From Planctomycetota bacterium (GTDB lineage: Bacteria; Planctomycetota; UBA11346): 64,000 nucleotides of DNA. The notes under the pieces are model-generated. The model did no database searches, was not told the origin of the DNA, and saw only the letters and a list, made by a program, of their open reading frames with translations. Position numbers and translations under genes: made by a program. Location of the stretch: the NCBI GenBank assembly GCA_038231435.1, contig JBBRLJ010000004.1, positions 79,376 to 143,375 of the forward strand, given 5' to 3'. How positions within the stretch are numbered: the first letter of the stretch is position 1; every line of letters begins with the position of its first letter. Of the stretch, positions 29,968 to 38,999 are shown piece after piece.

Positions 29968-32841
29968 ATGAACGTGCTCGCACCGCTGACCCACATCGCC
30001 GCCGGCTTCTACGTGCTCGCGGTGTTCCTGCTCGCCATCTATGGCGTTCACAGCGTGTGGCTGCTGCGCCTGTTCCTCAAGCACCGCCACGTCGCGAGCG
30101 CGCAGGAGCGCCTCGAGGCGGCGACGCCACTGCCGGATGACGCCGACCTGCCGCACATCCTGGTGCAGCTGCCGGTGTTCAACGAACGCGACGTGGTCGA
30201 GCGCCTGGTAGAGGCCGTTGGCCGCCTCGACTGGCCGCTCGACCGCCTGCACATCCAGCTGCTCGACGACAGCACCGACGACAGCGTCGATATCGGCAGC
30301 GCGGCGTGCGAACGCCTACGAGCGCGCGGCCTCGACGCGCACAGCCTGCACCGCATCGATCGGCGCGGCTTCAAGGCCGGGGCGCTCACCGCGGGCATGC
30401 GCGACGACGAGTCTCCGTTCATCGCCATCTTCGACGCCGACTTCGTGCCCGAGAGCGACTTCCTGAAGAAGGCGATCAAGCCACTGCTCGCTGATCCGGA
30501 TCTCGCGCTGGTTCAGGGACGCTGGGAACATCTGAACCGGCACGCCAACCTCCTGACCTCGGCGCAGTCGCTCGGCATCGATGGGCATTTCGCCATCGAG
30601 CAGGGAGCCCGCGCGTGGTCGGGCCTGGCGATGAACTTCAATGGCACCTGCGGGCTATGGCGGCGATGCGCGATCGTCGCCGCCGGCGGCTGGGAGCACG
30701 ACACGCTGACCGAGGACATGGACCTCAGCTACCGCGCCCAGCTCAAGGGCTGGAAGTGCACGTACCGCACCGGACTGGCCGTGCCGGGCGAGGTGCCCGC
30801 GACGGTGAGCGCGTGGCGCGGCCAGCAGTTCCGCTGGGCCAAGGGATCGATCCAGACGGCGATGAAGCTGCTGCCGTCGGTGTGGCGTTCGCGCTGGAGC
30901 CTGCACGCCAAGCTCGCCGCGACGCTGCACATGACCCACTACCTGGTGCATCCGCTGATCCTGACGAGCCTGTTCTGTGCGCCGCTGACCCTGCTGCTGA
31001 TCAATCATCTGCCGATCTGGATGCTGATGCTCGGGCTGTGCGGATTCCTGGTCGGCGCGGCGTCGCCGCTCACCGTCTACACGATCAGCCAGTTCGTGCT
31101 CTACGGCCGGCAAGGTTGGCGGAACCTGCGCCATCTGCCGGCGCTCGCGGCCCTGGGAACCGGCATCGCCGTGTCGAATTCGACCGCGGTGTGGCAAGCC
31201 CTACGCGGCAAGCAGTCAGCCTTCGTGCGCACGCCCAAGCAGGGCTCGGTGGGCTCCAGCAGGCCCACCGGCAGCTATCGCGCGCGGCCGGCGAGCGGCA
31301 TGGCCGAGCTGTTCTGCTCGTGCTGGGCGGCGCTCGGACTGGCGATCGGCTGCACCGGCGCGCACACCTGGATCACCCCGCTGCTCGGGCTCTACCTGTC
31401 GGGCTTCGCGTGGATGGCTTACTACAGCATGCGCGAGCGCCAGGCTTTCGACCGCCATGCCGCTCGTGCCGACGCGCCCAGCGGTCCCTCGCCGATGCCG
31501 TGGCTCGTTCCCACCGGCATCCTGCTGATGGCGGGCTACGTCGCCCTCGGCCTCCTGCCCGGCTCGTGGCGTTCGTCGCCCGCATCGTTCGCCGGCATCG
31601 CGCTGGCGCTCGGTGGAGTCTATCTGGTTGCAGCGCGGGCCGTGCGCAAGCTCAACGGCGGTGGACCGACACTCGCCTGGATCGTGGTCGTCGCCGTGGC
31701 CATCCGCGTCGCCAGCCTGGGCATCGAGATGTCGGACGACCTCAACCGCTACGTGCTCGAAGGCCGGCAGATCGCGGTCGGGCAGAATCCGTACCTGATA
31801 AGCCCACTGGATCCGGCGGCGCGCGCGCTCGGCGACACCAAGTTCCCTGGCAGCGTGCTGCTCGCCGTGAACCATCAGGACTGGACCTGCATCTACCCGC
31901 CGATGACTCTCGGTTACGAGGCGCTGGTCACCTCGCTGTCGGTGCAGCCGTTCGCGTTCAAGCTCGCCGGGATGACCTGCGAGCTCGCCGCGCTCGGCCT
32001 CGTGCTCGCGCTGCTCGCGCGCCTGCGCATGGCGCCGTCGCTGCTGCTGCTCGCGGCGTGGAATCCGGTCGGTCCGATCTTCCTCTGCGGCGAGGGCCAC
32101 AACGACGCGGCCATGGTGCTGTTGCTCGCGCTCGGGCTCTACCTGTCATCGGGCAACCATCATCGCCGCGGCATCATCGCCATCAGCCTGGCCGCGCTCG
32201 CCAAGCCGTTCGCGGTCATCGCTCTGCTGCCCATGCTGCTGACCCGCGGTTGGGCGTGGTGGCTGCTGCCGCCCGCCATCGCCGCGGTGGTGTACCTGCC
32301 GTTCCTGGATGCCGGCAAGCACCTGTTCTCGACCATGGGCCACTTCGGCTCGGCGCTGCACTTCCACGGCGCGCTCGAACCCTTCGCGCGCATGACACTC
32401 AGTCAGATCGTCGCCACCGACTCCGTCCAGACAGCGGTGGTGTGCGCGTTGGCCGCAGCCTGGATCGGCGGATCGCTGGTGATCCTCGCGCGCCATCGCC
32501 GCTCCCCCGACGCCCAGCCGCTCGAGCTCACGGTGCGCCTGCTGGCGATGCTCCTGGTGTGTCTGCCGACGCTGCACGCGTGGTACCTCGCCCCCCTAGC
32601 CCTGCTGCTGCCGTTCACGCGCTCGTGGGGACTGACGCTGTGGGTGGCGATGGCTCCGGTGTACTGGCTGCACGCCCTCGCCAACACCCAGCCCACGGAC
32701 TTCCTCGAGATCCCCTGGGTCACGGCGCTCGCCCACCTGCCCGCGCTCGCCCTGCTGGCGTACGAGGCGTTCGGGCGACCTGATCCCCGTCGCGACGCGG
32801 ACACCGCCGAGGACATCGTCCCCGGCACCCAGCCCGTCTGA
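29968..32841 (+). CDS. Fusion: cellulose-synthase-like GT2 plus membrane GT-C (GT87/DUF2029-like) glycosyltransferase
   Basis: QLPVFNE, DDSTD, GFKAGAL, FDADF, TED, QQFRW; then SDDLNRYVLEGR, NPY, IYPP, WNP, GEGHND, HAWY with many TMs. Confidence 0.88.
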   Translation: MNVLAPLTHIAAGFYVLAVFLLAIYGVHSVWLLRLFLKHRHVASAQERLEAATPLPDDADLPHILVQLPVFNERDVVERLVEAVGRLDWPLDRLHIQLLDDSTDDSVDIGSAACERLRARGLDAHSLHRIDRRGFKAGALTAGMRDDESPFIAIFDADFVPESDFLKKAIKPLLADPDLALVQGRWEHLNRHANLLTSAQSLGIDGHFAIEQGARAWSGLAMNFNGTCGLWRRCAIVAAGGWEHDTLTEDMDLSYRAQLKGWKCTYRTGLAVPGEVPATVSAWRGQQFRWAKGSIQTAMKLLPSVWRSRWSLHAKLAATLHMTHYLVHPLILTSLFCAPLTLLLINHLPIWMLMLGLCGFLVGAASPLTVYTISQFVLYGRQGWRNLRHLPALAALGTGIAVSNSTAVWQALRGKQSAFVRTPKQGSVGSSRPTGSYRARPASGMAELFCSCWAALGLAIGCTGAHTWITPLLGLYLSGFAWMAYYSMRERQAFDRHAARADAPSGPSPMPWLVPTGILLMAGYVALGLLPGSWRSSPASFAGIALALGGVYLVAARAVRKLNGGGPTLAWIVVVAVAIRVASLGIEMSDDLNRYVLEGRQIAVGQNPYLISPLDPAARALGDTKFPGSVLLAVNHQDWTCIYPPMTLGYEALVTSLSVQPFAFKLAGMTCELAALGLVLALLARLRMAPSLLLLAAWNPVGPIFLCGEGHNDAAMVLLLALGLYLSSGNHHRRGIIAISLAALAKPFAVIALLPMLLTRGWAWWLLPPAIAAVVYLPFLDAGKHLFSTMGHFGSALHFHGALEPFARMTLSQIVATDSVQTAVVCALAAAWIGGSLVILARHRRSPDAQPLELTVRLLAMLLVCLPTLHAWYLAPLALLLPFTRSWGLTLWVAMAPVYWLHALANTQPTDFLEIPWVTALAHLPALALLAYEAFGRPDPRRDADTAEDIVPGTQPV

Positions 32842-32844
32842 CCG

Positions 32845-33489
32845 ATGTCGCCGACGCTGCTGGTCTTCGCCAAGCCCCCGGTGCTCGGCCAGGTGAAGAC
32901 CCGCCTCGCGCATGCACTGGGAGACGCCAGCGCCCTCGCCGTGTATCGGTGCTTGTTGGAAGTCACCGCGCGCGCGATCGCCACCTGGCCAGGCCCGATA
33001 CGGGTGCTGACTGCCGGAGACATGGCGGCCTTCGCCGGGACGCCGCTCGCGTCATTCCCCTCGCGTCCCCAGTCTGACGGCGGGCTCGGCGCACGCTTGG
33101 CCGCCGGATTCCGCGCGGTACCGGGCCCGGCGCTGGCCATCGGCACCGACTGCCCCGGGCTCGCCCCAGACCATCTACGCCGGCTGGCGGCCGCCCTGGA
33201 GCGGCATCCCGCGGTCTTCGGCCCCGCCCACGACGGCGGATATTGGGGCGTCGCCGTCGGGGATGCTCGCTGCATCCCGGTCTGCTTTGCCGACGACCTG
33301 CCATGGTCGCGTCCGTCGCTGCTCGCGGAAACGATGGCGCGGCTGGCCGGGAACGGCATCGTCGCGGGGATGACCGACACGCTCGCCGATCTGGACGACG
33401 CCGAGGATCTCGCCTCTGCCGAACGCCATGGGTTCGTCTGGCGCGTCACGCCTGGCTCCGCGGAACGCTCGAACGAAGGATCGCCATGA
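32845..33489 (+). CDS. DUF2064 / TIGR04282-like transferase
   Basis: FAKPPVLGQVKTRL, GLGARL, IGTDCP, GPAHDGGYW, PWS, DLDDAEDL. Confidence 0.9.
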   Translation: MSPTLLVFAKPPVLGQVKTRLAHALGDASALAVYRCLLEVTARAIATWPGPIRVLTAGDMAAFAGTPLASFPSRPQSDGGLGARLAAGFRAVPGPALAIGTDCPGLAPDHLRRLAAALERHPAVFGPAHDGGYWGVAVGDARCIPVCFADDLPWSRPSLLAETMARLAGNGIVAGMTDTLADLDDAEDLASAERHGFVWRVTPGSAERSNEGSP

Positions 33490-34031
33490 ATCGTACCGTC
33501 AAGCTGGTGATCTCCGGAGCTCTCGGCCTCGCGGTGGGACTGGCCTGGGGCTTCACCCGCAAGCCGATCGTCCCGCCGCTGAGCCTGCCGAGCCAGCCAT
33601 CCGCGCCGATGGCTCCGACGCACTCGCCTGCCGCGGGCGTCTCAAGCACTGGAGCCGGCGCGAGCGCGCTCGCCACCGCCACCACCGCGCAGGACCTCGA
33701 GCGCCTGCTCGTCGGACATCCAGGAACCGCGCTCCTCGATTTCCACGCGGAGTGGTGCAAGCCCTGCAAGGAACTCGAACCACGGCTGGTCGAGCTCGCC
33801 GCCAAGCGCCCCGATCTGCTGGTGATCTCGATTGACGTGATGGCGGCCGAGGAGCTCGCCAAGGCGTACAACGCCGACCTGCTGCCACTGCTGGTGCGCA
33901 TGGAAGGTGGCAAGGAGACCGCGCGCCAGAGCGGCGCCCCGAGCCTCGATGATCTCACGCGCTGGCTGGTACAGCCGACTCCGTCCGTTCCCCAGCCATC
34001 TCCCCAGCCATCTCCCCAGTTGAAGCCCTGA
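33486..34031 (+). CDS. Membrane-anchored thioredoxin
   Basis: N-terminal TM, Pro/Ser linker, DFHAEWCKPCK. Confidence 0.9.
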   Translation: MNRTVKLVISGALGLAVGLAWGFTRKPIVPPLSLPSQPSAPMAPTHSPAAGVSSTGAGASALATATTAQDLERLLVGHPGTALLDFHAEWCKPCKELEPRLVELAAKRPDLLVISIDVMAAEELAKAYNADLLPLLVRMEGGKETARQSGAPSLDDLTRWLVQPTPSVPQPSPQPSPQLKP

Positions 34032-34083
34032 GCCAAACCGCCCGCGTCAACGCTGCGTATACATCGGGAACCGCGGAGGGAAC

Positions 34084-36336
34084 ATGAGCAACGTCCTGGC
34101 CGCATACGCGCACTGGCTGCACCTGCGCTGGCCGGCTGGCCGCGTCGAGCACTTGCCGATGGTCGGCGAACGCGGCGACACGCGTCTCGAGGGCGTCTAC
34201 GTGGTCGGTGACCTGGCCGGCGTGCCGCTGCTGAAATTCGCGCTCGATACCGGCGCCAAGGCGGCCAAGCGCTGCGCGCAGGAGCTGCGCGGGTCGCAGA
34301 GCGGAGCGCCGGATGGAGATCAGAAGCGCGCGTCAGGAGCCGCGATGGAGGGCCTGCTGGATGTCGCCATCATCGGTGCTGGCGTCGCCGGCATGGCGGC
34401 GGCGATCGAGTGCGCGAAGCAGGGCCTGCGCTTCGCCGTCCTCGAATCGGCGAAGCCGTTCGCCACCATCGCCAATTTTCCCGCCGGCAAGCCGATCTTC
34501 ACCTATCCCCGGCGCATGACGCCAGACGGGCACCTGCAGGTCGGCGCGGACGTGAAGGAAGCCCTGATCGCTGAACTCGAGCGCCAAGTGGCGGGTTTCG
34601 ACATCCCCGTCACCACCGCGGTCTTCGAACGCATCGAGCGCCGTGGGTCGGCGCTGGCGGTGATTGGCACGGGTAGCGAACCGCTGCTCGCGCGTCGCGT
34701 GATCGTCGCGATCGGACGCAGTGGAAACTTCCGCCGACTCGGCGTGGCCGGAGAGGATCTCCATCAGGTCTCGAACCGCCTGCACGATCCGAAGGTCCAT
34801 GCCGGAGAGGACGTGGTCGTCGTCGGCGGTGGCGACAGCGCGCTCGAGGCGGCCATCGCGCTGTGCACAGCCGGCGCCAAGGTCACGCTGTCCTACCGCG
34901 GCGCCGAGTTCAGCCGCCCCAAACCCGAGAACGCCGAGGCCATCGCGCGCCTCGCCACCGCGAGCACGCCGGGCCTGACACTGAAGCTCGGCAGCACGGT
35001 GACGAGGATCTCCGCGGGCTCGGTCGAGCTCAGCGCCAAGGGCGGCCCTCCCGAGACGGTGCCGGCCGCGGCGGTGTATGTGCTGATCGGACGCGAGCCG
35101 CCGCTCGACTTCTTCCGCAAGAGCGGCCTGGCCATTCGTGGCGAGACAGGTTGGAGCGGCATCCTCGGGCTGGTGCTCTTCGCCACCTTCGCCTGCCTGC
35201 TCTATGGCTGGAAGAGCCTCGGGTGGGCGAACCACGCGGTGGAACCCACGCGCTGGGTGAAGGCCCTGGATCCGCTGGTGGCAAGCGAACGCAATCCGCT
35301 GCATTGGGCGGTGAGCTCGGCGCACAATCCATCGTTCTGGGTCACGCTGCTCTACACCTCGGTGGTGGTCGGCTTCGGTATCGCGCGCATCCGCCGGCGC
35401 AGGACGCCGTATGTGACCGCACAGACCATCTCGCTGATGGCGTTCCAATGCCTGCCGCTGTTCCTGCTGCCCGAGATCATCCTGCCGTGGATGAACGCCT
35501 GCGGATGGATCCCGCACGCGATGGTGGCGAATCTCTTCCCCGACGGTTCGTGGTGGCGTGCCTACGGCTTCATCCTCGCCTGGCCGCTGATGGCCTGGAA
35601 CCTGTTCACCGATCAGCCGATGTGGTGGTGGCTGGGGATCAGCATCGCCCAGACCCTGGTGATCATCCCACTGATCGTCTGGAAATGGGGCAAGGGCGCG
35701 TACTGCGGCTGGATCTGCTCGTGCGGTGCGTTGGCCGAAACCCTCGGCGACACACAGCGCGAGAAGATGCCGCACGGCCCCGGTTGGAACAAGGTCGACC
35801 TCGTCGGCCAGGGCGTGCTCGCGATCGCCGTGATCATCTTGGGGGTGCACGTGTCCCACTGGATCTGGCCGCAGGTGCCGTCGCTCACCAGCTTCATGAG
35901 CGGCTGGCTACGTCCGGCCTGGCACATCGGCGTCGACTATGTCCTCGCCGGCGCGCTGGGTGTGGGTCTGTACTTCCACATGTCCGGCCGCGTGTGGTGC
36001 CGCTTCGCCTGCCCGCTCGCGGCGCTGATGCACATCTACGCCCGCTTCTCGAAGTTCCGCATCGTCCCGGACAAGAAGAAGTGCATCTCGTGCAACGCCT
36101 GCACCACCGCCTGTCACCAGGGCATCGACGTGATGAACTTCGCCAACAAGGGCGCGCCGATGGCGGATCCCGAATGCGTGCGCTGCTCGGCCTGCGTGCA
36201 GGTGTGTCCGACCGGCGTGCTGCAGTTCGGCGAGGTCGACCGTCAGGGCCGCGTACTGAAACTCGATGCGCTGCCCGCGAGCCCGGTGCTGATGCGCGAA
36301 GCCCGGGACCAGCCGCTGGAGTCGATGAAGTCGTGA
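34084..36336 (+). CDS. FAD/NAD(P) oxidoreductase (TrxR/YpdA-like) fused to a NapH/MauN-like membrane 4Fe-4S domain
   Basis: IIGAGVAG, VVGGGDSA, SYR; TMs with YCGWICSCG and WCRFACP; CISCNACTTAC and CVRCSACVQVCP. Confidence 0.88.
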   Translation: MSNVLAAYAHWLHLRWPAGRVEHLPMVGERGDTRLEGVYVVGDLAGVPLLKFALDTGAKAAKRCAQELRGSQSGAPDGDQKRASGAAMEGLLDVAIIGAGVAGMAAAIECAKQGLRFAVLESAKPFATIANFPAGKPIFTYPRRMTPDGHLQVGADVKEALIAELERQVAGFDIPVTTAVFERIERRGSALAVIGTGSEPLLARRVIVAIGRSGNFRRLGVAGEDLHQVSNRLHDPKVHAGEDVVVVGGGDSALEAAIALCTAGAKVTLSYRGAEFSRPKPENAEAIARLATASTPGLTLKLGSTVTRISAGSVELSAKGGPPETVPAAAVYVLIGREPPLDFFRKSGLAIRGETGWSGILGLVLFATFACLLYGWKSLGWANHAVEPTRWVKALDPLVASERNPLHWAVSSAHNPSFWVTLLYTSVVVGFGIARIRRRRTPYVTAQTISLMAFQCLPLFLLPEIILPWMNACGWIPHAMVANLFPDGSWWRAYGFILAWPLMAWNLFTDQPMWWWLGISIAQTLVIIPLIVWKWGKGAYCGWICSCGALAETLGDTQREKMPHGPGWNKVDLVGQGVLAIAVIILGVHVSHWIWPQVPSLTSFMSGWLRPAWHIGVDYVLAGALGVGLYFHMSGRVWCRFACPLAALMHIYARFSKFRIVPDKKKCISCNACTTACHQGIDVMNFANKGAPMADPECVRCSACVQVCPTGVLQFGEVDRQGRVLKLDALPASPVLMREARDQPLESMKS

Positions 36337-37049
36337 GCCTCGGCTCCGGCAGCGGCGACAACGGCTGCGGTGGAAGCGGCGAATGCGGTGGAAGCAGGGC
36401 GGCCCGGGTGAGCGTCATCATCCCGACACGCGACGAAGAACGCCTGCTGCCGGGCCTGCTCGACCGCCTCGCCATCCTCGGCGGCTGGCACGAGGTGATC
36501 GTCGCTGACGGAGGCTCGCGCGACCGCACCCGCGAGATCGCGCAGGCCCATTCCATCGTCACGCGCCTGGTCGCGGGCCGTGACCGCCACGAGCAGTTGA
36601 ACGCCGCGCTGCGCTCCGCCACCGGCGATATCGTCCTGCTCATCGGAGCCGATCTTCGACCCGGTCGCGGCACCCTCGCACGCCTGCGCGCGACCCGCGC
36701 CCCCGCCGGCTGCCTCGCCCTGCGTCACGCGCGGCGCGCCTGGATCTACCGCTGGGGCGACGCGTTCGCCCGCCTGCGCGCCCGCTGGACCCGCGGCGCC
36801 TACCTCGACCAAGCCCCCTTCTTCGCCCGCACCAAGGCCATCGCCGCCGGCGGTTTCCCCGCGCACGGAACCTACGACACCAGCGCCCTTGGACGTCAGC
36901 TCACCGGACGGAAGTCGTTCGCCATCCTGCCCGCGCCAGTGGTGGTGTCGTGCCGAGCGTGGAGCACCCCCGTTCGCACGTTCGCGCGGTATCAGGGGAA
37001 GCGGCTGCGGTATCTGATGCAGGGGGATGGGCGAGAGGCGAGAGGCTAG
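36333..37049 (+). CDS. GT2 glycosyltransferase, TIGR04283-like (divergent; start 36333 or 36408)
   Basis: VSVIIPTRDEE, EVIVADGGSRDRT, QLNA, GAD, DQAPF, GGFP; GTGA overlap with the upstream stop. Confidence 0.78.
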   Translation: MSLGSGSGDNGCGGSGECGGSRAARVSVIIPTRDEERLLPGLLDRLAILGGWHEVIVADGGSRDRTREIAQAHSIVTRLVAGRDRHEQLNAALRSATGDIVLLIGADLRPGRGTLARLRATRAPAGCLALRHARRAWIYRWGDAFARLRARWTRGAYLDQAPFFARTKAIAAGGFPAHGTYDTSALGRQLTGRKSFAILPAPVVVSCRAWSTPVRTFARYQGKRLRYLMQGDGREARG

Positions 37050-37173
37050 AGGCAGGAGAAGATGGACGACGGAAGTTCGAAGAGGGAAGAGCCGCACTCC
37101 GCCCAAAACATCTCAAGCGCAAATGGGGGCAAGGGGCAAAGCCCCCGCCCGCACGTAGGACGGACGGCGAGGA

Positions 37174-37266
37174 CCGTTATCGCTGGAGAGGCCAAGGCGC
37201 CGATCCCGAAGCGGTAGTCATCTACCGCGAGCGGTGAGGCAACGCCGGCATCTCCAGCGAGAACGG
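37174..37266. repeat. Long structured stem-loop, ERIC-like architecture
   Basis: CCGTT-A-TCGCTGGAGA-G-GCC pairs with GGC-A-TCTCCAGCGA-G-AACGG; apical hairpin GCGGTAG-TCAT-CTACCGC. Confidence 0.6.
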
Positions 37267-37273
37267 CCGCAGC

Positions 37274-37891
37274 CTAGAGGATCTTGTCGATGATGCCGTA
37301 GGCCTTGGCCTCTTCGGCATCCAGCCAGTAGTCGCGATCGCAATCCTCGATCAGCTTCTCGTACGGGTGGCCGGTGTTCTTGGCCAAGAGCTGGAGCAGG
37401 CGGCGCTTCATCTTGAGGATGCGGTTGGCGCTGATCTCGACGTCGGTGGCCTGGCCACGCGCGCCGCCGAGGGGTTGGTGCAGCAGCACTTCGCCGTGCG
37501 GCAGGATGGCGCGCTCGCCCTTGGTGCAGCCACTGAGGATCACCGCGCCCATGCTCGCCGCCATGCCCGCGACCACGGCGTGCACCGGGCACGGAGAACG
37601 CTGGATCATGTCGTAGATGGCCATGCCGTCGACGATCGAGCCGCCGGGGCTGTTGATGTAGAGGATGATCGGCTTCTTCGCGTCCTCGAGCTGCAGGCAG
37701 ATGAACTGCTGCACGATGCTATTGGCGAAGGTGTTGTCGATCTCCTGGCCGAGGTAGATCGTGCGGTCGAGCAGCAGGCGCGAGACCAGGTCGACTTCGC
37801 GCGCGTCCTTGGCCTTGGCGACGAGGACCTTGGGGGACTTGGACATGGGAACGGATTCCTCGTCGTCTTGATCGGCTCGTGGGTACGGCAT
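37274..37891 (-). CDS. clpP: ATP-dependent Clp protease proteolytic subunit (alternative start 37846)
   Basis: SRLLLDRTIYL, YINSPGG, GMAASMG, HQPLGG, DRDYWLDAEEAKAYGIID. Confidence 0.96.
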   Translation of the reverse strand: MPYPRADQDDEESVPMSKSPKVLVAKAKDAREVDLVSRLLLDRTIYLGQEIDNTFANSIVQQFICLQLEDAKKPIILYINSPGGSIVDGMAIYDMIQRSPCPVHAVVAGMAASMGAVILSGCTKGERAILPHGEVLLHQPLGGARGQATDVEISANRILKMKRRLLQLLAKNTGHPYEKLIEDCDRDYWLDAEEAKAYGIIDKIL

Positions 37892-38055
37892 GCCCCGACT
37901 CTGGTCGGGCGGATGGCCCTGTAAAGACTGGTTGCGAACAACCCCACGCAGCCTGGGCGGCCGTCCTGCGCCTTTCCCGCTGTGGTCCGCTGTGGTCCGC
38001 CGTAGTCAGCAGTTGTCAGCCGTTACCGCCAGGTGCCAGCCGACGAGGAGCGGCA

Positions 38056-38790
38056 TCAGTTGCGCCGGCCCCCGAGCAGCCCCGCCTGCCAGGCCCAGTA
38101 GGCGAGCAGCATCAGCGAGTTCGCCGCGGCAGCGACGTAGGTCAGTCCGGCCGCGGTCAGCACGCCGCGCACTGCGGCGGTCTCGGCGCCGGGCCGGATC
38201 AGGCCCAGCGCGCTGAGCCGCTCCCTGGCGCGCGACGAGGCGTCGAATTCCACGGGGACGGTTACCAGAGTGAAGAGCGCGGCCATCGCGAACAGCGCCA
38301 CGCCGCCGACCGCGACCCAGTAGCCCGCGCCGTGGATGCCATGCGTCGCCTGCTTCGCCGCGCCCATGAAGATGCCGGCGATGATGACGTAGGGCCCGAG
38401 CATGCTGCCGATGTTCGCCACCGGCACGAGCAGGCTGCGCATCCACAACGGCGCGTATCCGCGCGCGTGCTGGACCGCGTGACCGACTTCATGGGCCGCC
38501 ACGCCTGCCGCCGCCGCATCGGTGCCATGGTAGACCTCGGCGCTGAGCGCGAGCGTCTTGGTCGCTGGATTGTAGTGGTCGGAAAGCATGCCCTGGTGTT
38601 CGACGATCGACACGTCGACGATGTCCGCGTCGCGCAGGATGGCCGCGGCGATATCGCGCCCGCTCATGCCGTTGGCCAGGGGCACGCGCCGACCGCGCGC
38701 GAACTGGGTGCGCACCAGTAGGGCGGCCCCGCCAGAAAGCACCATGCCCACGACCATGATGATGAGATAGATGGGGTCGAAGAACAACAT
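38056..38790 (-). CDS. Zinc metallopeptidase (YugP / Zn_peptidase_2 family), membrane
   Basis: LSDHYNP, AAHEVGHAVQH, VTVPVEFDASSRA, VLTAAGLTYVA. Confidence 0.93.
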   Translation of the reverse strand: MLFFDPIYLIIMVVGMVLSGGAALLVRTQFARGRRVPLANGMSGRDIAAAILRDADIVDVSIVEHQGMLSDHYNPATKTLALSAEVYHGTDAAAAGVAAHEVGHAVQHARGYAPLWMRSLLVPVANIGSMLGPYVIIAGIFMGAAKQATHGIHGAGYWVAVGGVALFAMAALFTLVTVPVEFDASSRARERLSALGLIRPGAETAAVRGVLTAAGLTYVAAAANSLMLLAYWAWQAGLLGGRRN

Positions 38791-38999
38791 GGCGATTCCC
38801 CCTCGGATGTTGGGACGGCCGACACGGTCCAAAGGCAATACTGACGATGATCAGCAATTAGAATACCAACCCGGATGGGTCACAATGGGCCATTCCGGTG
38901 CAGGATTCCGGTGCAGGAAGGCCTCCAGGGTGATTGCGCCCCCTGACCCAGGACCATACTTCCCGGCCATCCCGTCCGTACGCACTCGCAAGGAATACC

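Noticed and set aside
34863..36332. 728-aa ORF as one protein or a frameshift fusion with the reductase
   Set aside because: Only the part from 36333 is GT2-like; the rest is an off-frame overlap, and the GTGA junction indicates ordinary translational coupling.
6275..37092. Heptamer arrays as CRISPR repeats, IS ends or small ORFs (EDGRRKTED-type peptides)
   Set aside because: They are degenerate 7-mers with no transposase or evident target duplication; the peptides are simply translations of the repeats.
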